From positions 1 to 64,000 of the IMG/VR virus record IMGVR_UViG_3300020431_000008: a stretch of DNA of 64,000 nt. The stretch is one strand, 5' to 3'. Below the pieces are notes generated by a model. The model was not told the origin of the DNA and did no database searches. It saw nothing but the letters and a program-made list of their open reading frames with translations. Both the position numbers and the translations under genes were made by a program. Below are positions 1 through 6,942 of this stretch, one piece after another (position 1 is the first letter of the stretch; every line of letters begins with the position of its first letter). The stretch is from a virus (taxonomy: Duplodnaviria; Caudoviricetes).

Positions 1-497
1 TCAATACCAATGACTACATCACCAGGTCTGATATTACTACCATCAACAATATCATTCTTCTCTACAATACCAGTACAAAAACCAGCAAGGTCATAATCAG
101 TTGCTCTAAAATGCTCTGCTGTTTCTCCACCCAGAAGTTCCATATCAGACATCATACAACCAGTGGCAACTCCACGCACAATGTCACTGACATTATCATC
201 AAGTTTTTTAGTAGAGATATAGTCTAGAAAATATAATGGTTTAGCACCAGAACATATAACGTCATTGACGCACATAGCAACGAGATCCTGACCAATAGTG
301 GTGTAATCACGGGCAATCCTGCAAATGTTAATTTTAGTTCCAACACCATCAGCACCAGATACCAACACAGGTTTCTCATATCCTGATGGGATCTCCATCA
401 TTCCATTGAACCCACCAATGTTAGGTGCCAGTGCTTTGATATACTCTACAAAAGATCTACCCTTGATAATATCAACTCCAGAAGTTTTGTAATCCAT
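1..497 (-). CDS. purM: Phosphoribosylformylglycinamidine cyclo-ligase (AIR synthetase), runs off the left edge; auxiliary metabolic gene
   Basis: Not in ORF track (open at edge). Manual translation from ATG at 497: MDYKTSGVDIIKGRSFVEYIKALAPNIGGFNG...VSGADGVGTKINI...TIGQDLVAMCVNDVICSGAKPLYFLDY. Y..SGVDI, DGVGTK and D.VAMCVND are PurM signatures. Confidence 0.95.
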   Translation of the reverse strand, partial: MDYKTSGVDIIKGRSFVEYIKALAPNIGGFNGMMEIPSGYEKPVLVSGADGVGTKINICRIARDYTTIGQDLVAMCVNDVICSGAKPLYFLDYISTKKLDDNVSDIVRGVATGCMMSDMELLGGETAEHFRATDYDLAGFCTGIVEKNDIVDGSNIRPGDVVIGI

Positions 498-694
498 CAG
501 TCTCTTCCTAATCGAATGTATAATGTAATGAGTGATTGTGAGATCAGATCACAAGAATATGTAAATCCTTGTTTGTTTTCTTCGTCCCAGTATTCTCTTT
601 GACTTTTGAGAAGTGCAGAGAACTCTTTGATCTTAGACCTCATTTCGTCTTTTGATAATTTATCCAATGATTTCACCTCTGGCAATTTTTTCAC
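497..694 (-). CDS. Hypothetical protein (65 aa) between gp43 fragment and purM
   Basis: ORF track; its TGA overlaps the purM ATG (TGATG), suggesting translational coupling. Confidence 0.6.
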   Translation of the reverse strand: MKKLPEVKSLDKLSKDEMRSKIKEFSALLKSQREYWDEENKQGFTYSCDLISQSLITLYIRLGRD

Positions 695-932
695 GACGGT
701 CTAGTTTCCATACTATGTAATCCATTGTTGGGATACACATAGGGTTCCAACCAACAAAGGTAGTTGACTCTCCACTGGGTATCTTCCAACAGGGAGCATC
801 ATCATTGTCAAGGTCTAATGATTTACGATACTCATCCTCACCAAACATAACAACAGCACGTTCTGCTTCATTCAAACTAGTAAAACAAGCAAAACCATTC
901 TTTTTAATGACATCAGGGACATGGTGTTTCAT
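660..932 (-). CDS. Hypothetical protein (90 aa) directly after gp43 N-terminal half
   Basis: ORF track; ATGA overlap with the gp43A stop, preceded by purine-rich AGAGAGGA. Confidence 0.75.
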   Translation of the reverse strand: MKHHVPDVIKKNGFACFTSLNEAERAVVMFGEDEYRKSLDLDNDDAPCWKIPSGESTTFVGWNPMCIPTMDYIVWKLDRREKIARGEIIG

Positions 933-2389
933 AATCCTCTCTTCTTCATTTCAGATTCAATATCAACTAACTTCTGTTTACTTTGCAGCATCTTACCTTT
1001 AAATGCTTTTCTTTCAATGTACATCTTCTCCATAAGTTCAGGGAGGAACCCCTTCACATCCTTACGATACATTGCACCATTGGCACATACTGCATAATCT
1101 TTATACATTTCAAAGTTAAGTGACTCATCCAGAATCTTATTCACAGTTACTGATGGGTGCCTCTCATCCATCAATGTCTCTGGTGAAATATTGTATTGCA
1201 TCATCAGGTGAGGGTATAGTGAGTTAAGGTCAAAGGATGCTACCCAGTCATAGACACCAGGTTTTGGTTCCTTTACATAAGCACCAGCAAACTTATCACT
1301 CTTCTCACTTTTATCCTTCTGAGGAATAACAATATTTCTTCTCTTCAAGTAGTTGTAGATAATAGTATCCCACATCCTTACTTGATACATCACATCAACA
1401 TAGTTGACTTTAGCATCATATGCCATTGTGATTGCCAGTTCAATTAGTTTAAGTTTCTCCTCCAATTTGTCTACCAGTTCCACGTCAATGATGTTGTAGT
1501 CTACAAACTTCTTCCAGTTACCTTTATAGAAGTCTTTGAAAGTATCAAACTCACTGTGGTCTAGTTTCTTCTGACCTAGTTCAGTTTCTGCAATAAAGTC
1601 TAGTCTGTATGACTCACGATTTACATAGGTAAACTTCTTATACAGATCAAGGTAATCTAATGTGGTTAGACCAACAATGTCAAACACATTATACATCCTT
1701 CCTGTAATGGTAACCTCATCATGATTTACCATTCCCCAAGGAGACAATTCCTTTACCTTCTTTGGACCCATGATCCTACCAATCCTTCCACACAAGTATG
1801 GAATATCATATAGTCTCACATTCCATCCTGTAACAACATCAGGGGTATTGTTGGACCACCAATAAAGGAATGCATTCAACATCTCAACTTCATCACTGAA
1901 TTGATGATAGGTTACATTATTCTGTGAAGGAACATACTGGTGCCTTCCCCAAGTTGTGATCTTCTTCGTGCTGTAATCTTGAATAGAGATGGTTAACATC
2001 TCCTCAGAGCAGGATTCAGGATCAGGAAACCCAGCCTCTGCCTGAACCTCAATATCCATAGTCACCAAGTTTATCTTCTTGATGTCAAACTTTATCTCTT
2101 CCTCTGGGTACTTATCTGAGATGTATTGGTATACATACCTCTCATTTCCATAAATGGGGAACCCTTCTACATCACCATACCTTTTATAAAAATCTCTACA
2201 ATCCCTGACTGTTCCTGGTTGAATGGGTTCTACATTATCACCTTCAAGAGTTTTCCACTTACCCTCTTTCCTTGACTTAACATAGAGAGTTGGTTGGTAC
2301 TCTTCCCTAGCAGTGAAATTCTTTCCATTCTCAAAACCACGAACCAGGACATTATTACCAATCACCTGAACGTTGGTGTAAAACTTCAT
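929..2389 (-). CDS. gp43: Family B DNA polymerase, N-terminal half only (gp43A-like: N-terminal domain, 3'-5' exonuclease, palm motif A)
   Basis: ExoI MDIEVQ, ExoII GWNVRLYDIPYL, ExoIII YNIIDVELV, motif A SFDLNSLYPHLMMQYNISPET. Ends at KQKLVDIESEMKKRGL with no KxxxNSxYG or YGDTDS. Confidence 0.95.
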   Translation of the reverse strand: MKFYTNVQVIGNNVLVRGFENGKNFTAREEYQPTLYVKSRKEGKWKTLEGDNVEPIQPGTVRDCRDFYKRYGDVEGFPIYGNERYVYQYISDKYPEEEIKFDIKKINLVTMDIEVQAEAGFPDPESCSEEMLTISIQDYSTKKITTWGRHQYVPSQNNVTYHQFSDEVEMLNAFLYWWSNNTPDVVTGWNVRLYDIPYLCGRIGRIMGPKKVKELSPWGMVNHDEVTITGRMYNVFDIVGLTTLDYLDLYKKFTYVNRESYRLDFIAETELGQKKLDHSEFDTFKDFYKGNWKKFVDYNIIDVELVDKLEEKLKLIELAITMAYDAKVNYVDVMYQVRMWDTIIYNYLKRRNIVIPQKDKSEKSDKFAGAYVKEPKPGVYDWVASFDLNSLYPHLMMQYNISPETLMDERHPSVTVNKILDESLNFEMYKDYAVCANGAMYRKDVKGFLPELMEKMYIERKAFKGKMLQSKQKLVDIESEMKKRGL

Positions 2390-2643
2390 TTCACCAGTTT
2401 CTCATACTTGTCTTTTAGTTTACTATTAGGTTCTGTGATAGTCAAGATCTTATCTGAATGCATCATAAAGGTGTTCTGGGAAGTCAGATCAATCAACCAA
2501 GGAATCAATTCCAAAGTAGATTCATTGATAGTAAATGGTTCAATTAGTTTACAATCAGGTTCTCCCAGTTCTGTAGGAACTTCTTCAATTTGTGTAAGAA
2601 TGATCTGACTATTTGTCAGGATGAGTAACTTAATATCTTTCAT
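2386..2643 (-). CDS. Conserved hypothetical cyanophage protein upstream of gp43
   Basis: ORF track, 85 aa; ATGA overlap with gp43 start; position typical of T4-like cyanophages. Confidence 0.8.
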   Translation of the reverse strand: MKDIKLLILTNSQIILTQIEEVPTELGEPDCKLIEPFTINESTLELIPWLIDLTSQNTFMMHSDKILTITEPNSKLKDKYEKLVK

Positions 2644-2795
2644 TTTCCCACTCCATAATCAGGTGCTGTCATTTCAAGTTTGCTAATTGTATTATGTAGT
2701 TTAGCAATTGCTGCCTTTGCTTCAGGAGTTTCTTCCCAGCTCCACTCTTCTTCACGACCTTTACTGTCTTTCTTGGTGTTTTTCTTTTCAGACAT
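2640..2795 (-). CDS. Small hypothetical protein (51 aa)
   Basis: Manual translation MSEKKNTKKDSKGREEEWSWEETPEAKAAIAKLHNTISKLEMTAPDYGVGK*; ATGA overlap with next gene; 20 nt downstream of a TATAAT box. Confidence 0.7.
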   Translation of the reverse strand: MSEKKNTKKDSKGREEEWSWEETPEAKAAIAKLHNTISKLEMTAPDYGVGK

Positions 2796-2815
2796 ACAAA
2801 CTCTATTCTATCAAT

Positions 2816-2844
2816 ATTATAACATAAAAAAGAGGGGTTGTCAC
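2816..2844 (-). promoter_or_regulatory. Sigma70-type promoter for the gp43 operon
   Basis: Minus strand GTGACA-17 nt-TATAAT with extended -10 TG (TGtTATAAT). Confidence 0.7.
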
Positions 2845-2867
2845 TGGATTGTGCCAGTTACCCCTCT
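2826..2867 (-). terminator. Long interrupted hairpin plus U-tract; intrinsic terminator or 3' end of a small RNA
   Basis: Minus strand AGAGGGGT-AACTGG-CACAAT-CCAGTG-ACA-ACCCCTCT-TTTTT. Confidence 0.7.
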
Positions 2868-2887
2868 GCGACGACGATATTCAGTTT

Positions 2888-2895
2888 TATTTATT
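2888..2895 (-). promoter_or_regulatory. T4-type late promoter (AATAAATA)
   Basis: Matches the TATAAATA-like gp55 consensus; overlaps the stop of the micropeptide ORF. Confidence 0.55.
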
Positions 2896-2968
2896 CAGTT
2901 TTTGGAGTCAGTTTATATGCACCGAATGATGCTGCTGAGATTGCTGCAATGATTGCTAGAATTTCCAT
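2891..2968 (-). CDS. Hydrophobic micropeptide (25 aa)
   Basis: Manual translation MEILAIIAAISAASFGAYKLTPKTE*; single hydrophobic helix; below ORF-track cutoff. Confidence 0.55.
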   Translation of the reverse strand: MEILAIIAAISAASFGAYKLTPKTE

Positions 2969-2980
2969 GGTTGAGAAGTA

Positions 2981-3064
2981 TTAGGACAGAACAGGATACA
3001 ACACACCCCAACTAAAAAGATATGTTACTGTACCAAAAAGTATGGTAGTCATGGTGAAGTTCAT
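2981..3064 (-). CDS. Hydrophobic micropeptide (27 aa)
   Basis: Manual translation MNFTMTTILFGTVTYLFSWGVLYPVLS*; GGAG Shine-Dalgarno 6 nt upstream, TATAAT boxes further upstream. Confidence 0.55.
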   Translation of the reverse strand: MNFTMTTILFGTVTYLFSWGVLYPVLS

Positions 3065-3103
3065 AGTGGTCTCCATCAGATTACATAATTATATAGATTA
3101 TAC

Positions 3104-3159
3104 TGTATCACCATGATACACTTCTGTATCAACCGCAGCGAAAATCTGTCAGAGTATCA
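3104..3159. repeat. Cluster of TGTATCA/TGATACA half-sites forming overlapping palindromes
   Basis: TGTATCA-CCA-TGATACA (3104-3120), TGATACA-CTTC-TGTATCA (3114-3131), extra GTATCA at 3154-3159; adjacent to minus-strand TATAAT at 3097-3102 and 3088-3093. Confidence 0.75.
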
Positions 3160-3588
3160 AAACCAGACCTTCTTTTGATGATGTTCAGGAACAATCCTGT
3201 TCATAGAGACTGTTAAGAGCCCATTCTCAAATTTAACTGATCCAACTTCCGTATCCTCTGCCAGTGTCCAAGCTCTGGTGAAAGATCTTGCAGCCACTCC
3301 TCTATGGATGTATGTTGGATTCTCTGTGGATTCTTCTCGTTTTCCTTCAACGAAAAGTTTTCCTTCTTCTGTGTAGACATTGACTTCTTCTGGTGTAAAT
3401 CCTGCCAATGCTAACTCTAGTTGTGATTCTGTATCACTGACTTGGATGAGGTTGTATGGAGGATAATTTGATGTTTCTTGACCTCTTAGGATTCTATCAA
3501 TATAGTCATCCATTCCAATTGTGTTACGCGTGATCCTGTCCATGAATTTGTCCAGGTCGGCGGCATTGTACTTCATGAGATTGGCCAT
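3157..3588 (-). CDS. hsp20: Small heat-shock protein (Hsp20/IbpA family)
   Basis: NYPPYNLI, LELALAGF, YIHRGVAARSFTRAWTL, VKFENGLLTV motifs. Start moved to MANLMKYN because AAGGAG precedes it. Confidence 0.95.
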   Translation of the reverse strand: MANLMKYNAADLDKFMDRITRNTIGMDDYIDRILRGQETSNYPPYNLIQVSDTESQLELALAGFTPEEVNVYTEEGKLFVEGKREESTENPTYIHRGVAARSFTRAWTLAEDTEVGSVKFENGLLTVSMNRIVPEHHQKKVWF

Positions 3589-3654
3589 GTACTTCTCCTT
3601 AAATAAGCGAGATTTGATTGTGTGAACCCCGAAGGCATTCACTTATTATTTATA
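3589..3654 (-). promoter_or_regulatory. Late promoter TATAAATA (3647-3654) and structured 5' leader of hsp20
   Basis: Minus strand TATAAATA, then GTGAATGCC-TTCG-GGGTTCAC (C-UUCG-G tetraloop hairpin); AATAAGTGA can pair with TCGCTTATT beside the SD. Confidence 0.65.
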
Positions 3655-3660
3655 CTAGAA

Positions 3661-3696
3661 AAAGAAAAAAGAGATAGTGATGAAATCACTACCTCT
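3661..3696 (-). terminator. Intrinsic terminator downstream of regA
   Basis: Minus strand AGAGGTAGTGAT-TTC-ATCACTATCTCT-TTTTT. Confidence 0.85.
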
Positions 3697-3746
3697 TATA
3701 AGGGTTTCCGACTTTTGTAGAGACCGCACGAAAGGAGTCTCAGTCT
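3697..3746 (-). ncRNA. Candidate structured small RNA between a late promoter (3747-3754) and the terminator
   Basis: Minus strand GACT-GAGAC-TCCTTTCGTGCG-GTCTC-TACAAA-AGTC-GGAAA: nested helices GACT/AGTC and GAGAC/GTCTC, with loop TTTCG complementary to downstream CGGAA. Family not identified. Confidence 0.4.
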
Positions 3747-3749
3747 TAT

Positions 3750-4193
3750 TTATTCAGGTTGACTGACCTTTACAGTATTCTTCTTACCAATATTATACTT
3801 CTGTTCTAAAGTCCAATCACTCTTATCCCTATAAGGAAGAACTTTGATTTGATTCAAAGGTGCAATGTCAATTATTTCATCTTCCAGAACAACATTGATC
3901 AATCCCCAATCAACAAGCAAACGAGTGATACGATTCCTACGCTGAACATCATTAATGGTAATGTTAGCATACTTACCATCAAGAGCAAATAGTTCCTTAA
4001 AATGAACTATGTAATATTTGCCTTGCTTATGCAAGATATGGCAAGATTGATAAAGTTTCTTTTCTTTTCTAGATGCTACACCAATCCTAGTCAGTGTTTC
4101 TCTAACTTTTAAAAAATCATCAGGTTCATTTAATTTGATCTCAATCATTTTATTTTGAGACCAACTAACCTGTGGTTCAGGAGTTTGTGTCAT
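3750..4193 (-). CDS. regA: RegA translational repressor
   Basis: DDFLKVRETLTRIGVASRKEKKLYQSCHILHKQGKYYIVHFKELFALDG is the RegA signature. Confidence 0.97.
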   Translation of the reverse strand: MTQTPEPQVSWSQNKMIEIKLNEPDDFLKVRETLTRIGVASRKEKKLYQSCHILHKQGKYYIVHFKELFALDGKYANITINDVQRRNRITRLLVDWGLINVVLEDEIIDIAPLNQIKVLPYRDKSDWTLEQKYNIGKKNTVKVSQPE

Positions 4194-4570
4194 TTTGTGC
4201 CACCAGTATCAAGTCTTTGTTTAATGAATTCGATTTGTTCATGTGATAAAATTTTCAGTGCTTGAGATGCTTTTTCATTACTATATCCATAGTATTGTTT
4301 TACGCAATCTAAGTCAGTGACCTTATCTTTGCGAATCCAAGGAGAGAATCTCTTCCTTTTCCTCAGAATATTTATATAAAATTCATATTGCATATCCTTG
4401 TCTAAAAAGTGATACTTATTCATCTCACTTGCAAAAAGAATACAATCAAGATGACCAGACATACACCTATTAACAATAAAAGAAGGATACTCTTTTGCCA
4501 TATGTGGTTCATCTTTTATCAGATTAACTTTGTTGAAGTTAATTGAGTTCAACCAATCTTTCAGTTCCAT
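4190..4570 (-). CDS. gp62: Clamp loader small subunit gp62
   Basis: LKDWLNSIN...YPSFIVNRCMS...EMNKYHFLDKDMQYEFY..LRKRKRFSPW; position upstream of regA. Confidence 0.92.
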   Translation of the reverse strand: MELKDWLNSINFNKVNLIKDEPHMAKEYPSFIVNRCMSGHLDCILFASEMNKYHFLDKDMQYEFYINILRKRKRFSPWIRKDKVTDLDCVKQYYGYSNEKASQALKILSHEQIEFIKQRLDTGGTK

Positions 4571-4571
4571 A

Positions 4572-4712
4572 TTAAAATACAGCAGTTACGCCAACAATAG
4601 TAGCATCAGGATTACGAGCCAGAGCAACCTTCTTAGCATCCTGATAATCTCTAGCAATCACTTCTTCTTTGAAAACTGTTCCTGCTTTAAACAATGTCAC
4701 TTGACACTTCAT
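4572..4712 (-). CDS. Small hypothetical protein (46 aa)
   Basis: Manual translation MKCQVTLFKAGTVFKEEVIARDYQDAKKVALARNPDATIVGVTAVF*; fills the gap between dam and gp62. Confidence 0.7.
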   Translation of the reverse strand: MKCQVTLFKAGTVFKEEVIARDYQDAKKVALARNPDATIVGVTAVF

Positions 4713-5538
4713 AATTAAAAAGTAGTAGTTCTTTTCTGCTCTTCTGTTCTCTCATATACTCCCCAACAGAACGCATAGTATATGTATGATCAAACTCTGC
4801 TGTATTCCAATCAATGAATCTATCCTTAACAAGTTGATCTGAATTGTAACTAATAAGTTGATTCAGATTAGTTTCATTACAAGTCTTAGCAAAAAGATCA
4901 TGATCAAATCCTCTGTGCATACTGCCCTTCTTTCCATAGATATTATCCTTGATATCATAGGGTGGGTCAAGATATACAAATGCTTTCCTTTCAGACTGCT
5001 CATCTAAAAGTTGTTCATAACTAAGATTAGTAATCTTCCAGTTCTTGATAAGTTCTGAATACCCAGGAAGTTTTTCAATTCCTCTGATAGAAAAGTTACC
5101 TTCTGATGCTGCTTTAGAGAATGAAGAACTCTCAGTAAGACCTGAGAAAGAGCACTTGTTTACCACATAGAATGAAATTGCTCTCCAGAAGTTATCATCA
5201 CCATCACTTGCTAGATATTCTTTTGCTGAAAAGAATAAACCCTTTGCTGAATCAGGGGTACAGTTCTTATACTTCAATTCAAGAAGTTTTTCCCTCATAG
5301 CAACTCCATCATTCTGAAGTTGCTTCCAGAAGTTAACTAGAGGAGCATACAAATCATTTACCCAAATACTAACAGTAGGATACTTCTTAGTCACATATAA
5401 AGAGACACTCCCACCACCAATGAATGGTTCCCTAAACTCACCATATTCACGAAGATCAGGAATATAAGGACCAATCTTTTTGCATGCACGTGACTTACCT
5501 CCTGGATATCTTAAAGGCGTCTTATGAGATTTCATCAT
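4687..5538 (-). CDS. dam: D12-class N6-adenine DNA methyltransferase (Dam-like)
   Basis: LRYPGGKSR, EPFIGGGSV (SAM binding), VNDL, catalytic YLDPPY. Confidence 0.93.
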   Translation of the reverse strand: MMKSHKTPLRYPGGKSRACKKIGPYIPDLREYGEFREPFIGGGSVSLYVTKKYPTVSIWVNDLYAPLVNFWKQLQNDGVAMREKLLELKYKNCTPDSAKGLFFSAKEYLASDGDDNFWRAISFYVVNKCSFSGLTESSSFSKAASEGNFSIRGIEKLPGYSELIKNWKITNLSYEQLLDEQSERKAFVYLDPPYDIKDNIYGKKGSMHRGFDHDLFAKTCNETNLNQLISYNSDQLVKDRFIDWNTAEFDHTYTMRSVGEYMREQKSRKELLLFNYEVSSDIV

Positions 5539-5819
5539 AGGATGAGTTTCTTGCTAGTAGTTTGAATTGGAGAGAAGATCTTCTCATAGTTCTCTACAAT
5601 CTCATCTCTAGCATCAATTACATAAACAATATACTCTCTTGGAACACTAATGACTTCATCTTCTTTTGAAAGATAAGACCAAGGAACAAACCCCACCTGT
5701 CCTTGTGGACTAGGAACAGCAACAAGAGGATTCTGTACTTGAATGCTAGTGTCATCCTCCTCAATCAAAGTGAAGATGACCTCTTCACCAGTATTCATAC
5801 GCAATACTTTTACATTCAT
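5535..5819 (-). CDS. Conserved hypothetical protein (possible Sm-like fold)
   Basis: ORF track, 94 aa, MNVKVLRMNTGEEVI; ATGA overlap with dam. Confidence 0.75.
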   Translation of the reverse strand: MNVKVLRMNTGEEVIFTLIEEDDTSIQVQNPLVAVPSPQGQVGFVPWSYLSKEDEVISVPREYIVYVIDARDEIVENYEKIFSPIQTTSKKLIL

Positions 5820-5993
5820 TTAATTACCTCTAGTTTCATAAAATTTAATAACTCTGTTCACTTGTTTCCTGTCAGTCCCACAAGGGGCATTCTTTAGACA
5901 AATCAAAATCAATTCATCATCAGTAATAGTTGGTTTAATTGTAAACCCCCACTTGTCAACCTTAGAATCAACTGGTGCCTCTGGAACATCCAT
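5820..5993 (-). CDS. Hypothetical protein
   Basis: ORF track; start trimmed to MDVPEAP just after the gp44 stop. Confidence 0.6.
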   Translation of the reverse strand: MDVPEAPVDSKVDKWGFTIKPTITDDELILICLKNAPCGTDRKQVNRVIKFYETRGN

Positions 5994-5994
5994 A

Positions 5995-6942
5995 TTACTT
6001 AAACTCACATTCAACCATAATCTCAGTCAGACAAGCAAGCATATTTATTTCTTGGTCTGCGACGAACGAACTTTGATACTGATACTTAGCAATAATAAGA
6101 ACAGCAGCAGCAATCCCAGGACCTGCCAAGTGTACATAAAGAGCATCATAAATGCTGCGCAAGAGTACAGTAGGATCATTGTCCAAATTATCAACGACCC
6201 ACTTTCTGACCTGAGAATAGTCTTTACCTTTGAGAGTTTTGAAAAGATCATCTGTCTTTACGTTACTGAAAGTTGCAAGGATACCACTATCTATTTTACC
6301 ACTAACTGAGTATCTCTGCAACTCATTAAGAACACGTCTCCAATCAGGAAAGTGTTTTTGAATAAGTTCTACTAAAACTTTTGGATCATATTCCACAACC
6401 TCTGTCTCAAGTATAGACCTGAGACGGTTGAAAAACTTCGCTGCAAGTTCTTGTCTTTCTTTGCCTCTGATGGAGAAGTCAACGACGGAGCATCTAGAGT
6501 GGAGAGGTTGAATGATTTTGTTTTTGTAGTTGCAGGTGAAGATGAATCTGCAGTTGCCAATAAACTCCTCTGTAAACGCCCTAAGGCAGAGTTGTACATC
6601 TGGGGTGGTGTTGTCAGCCTCATCAATGATGATGACTTTGTGTTTTGCCTCAGAAGATAACGATACAGTTGAAGCGAAGTTCTTGGCGTTGTTCCTGACG
6701 GTATCAAGAAATCTTCCCTCATCGGATCCATTGATGACATAATAATCTGCTCCTAGTTCCTGACATAATGCTTTTGCTACTGTAGTCTTACCACATCCTG
6801 GAGGTCCAGAAAGGAGAAGATTTGGAACCTCACCCTTTGCTAAGAAATCTTTGAATGTTTTTTTTGTACTCTCTGGAAGAATACATTCATCAATTGTCTT
6901 TGGGCGATACTTCTCTACCCAAATGAACTCATTACGACTCAT
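5995..6942 (-). CDS. gp44: Clamp loader large subunit gp44 (RFC-like AAA+)
   Basis: WVEKYRPKTIDECILP, Walker A GPPGCGKTT, Walker B IIIDEAD, SRC motif. Confidence 0.97.
   Translation of the reverse strand: MSRNEFIWVEKYRPKTIDECILPESTKKTFKDFLAKGEVPNLLLSGPPGCGKTTVAKALCQELGADYYVINGSDEGRFLDTVRNNAKNFASTVSLSSEAKHKVIIIDEADNTTPDVQLCLRAFTEEFIGNCRFIFTCNYKNKIIQPLHSRCSVVDFSIRGKERQELAAKFFNRLRSILETEVVEYDPKVLVELIQKHFPDWRRVLNELQRYSVSGKIDSGILATFSNVKTDDLFKTLKGKDYSQVRKWVVDNLDNDPTVLLRSIYDALYVHLAGPGIAAAVLIIAKYQYQSSFVADQEINMLACLTEIMVECEFK

Noticed and set aside
660-1020. Frameshift or sequencing error as the cause of the short gp43
   Set aside because: No frame downstream of the stop encodes motif B or C, and the stop overlaps the start of a separate well-formed ORF. 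Misassembly cannot be excluded without reads.
929-1100. Split intein or intron at the gp43 break
   Set aside because: The C-terminus has no intein N-terminal block (C/S start, TxxH), and the following DNA is continuously coding with no room for a group I intron core.
3104-3120. Canonical NtcA box
   Set aside because: Spacing is GTA-N9-TAC, not N8; kept only as an unassigned palindrome.
3589-3642. Longer N-termini proposed by the ORF track (hsp20, gp45, AAA ATPase, VWA protein, uvsY)
   Set aside because: The extensions run through promoter or leader elements or upstream genes, and downstream starts fit SD position or family N-termini better.
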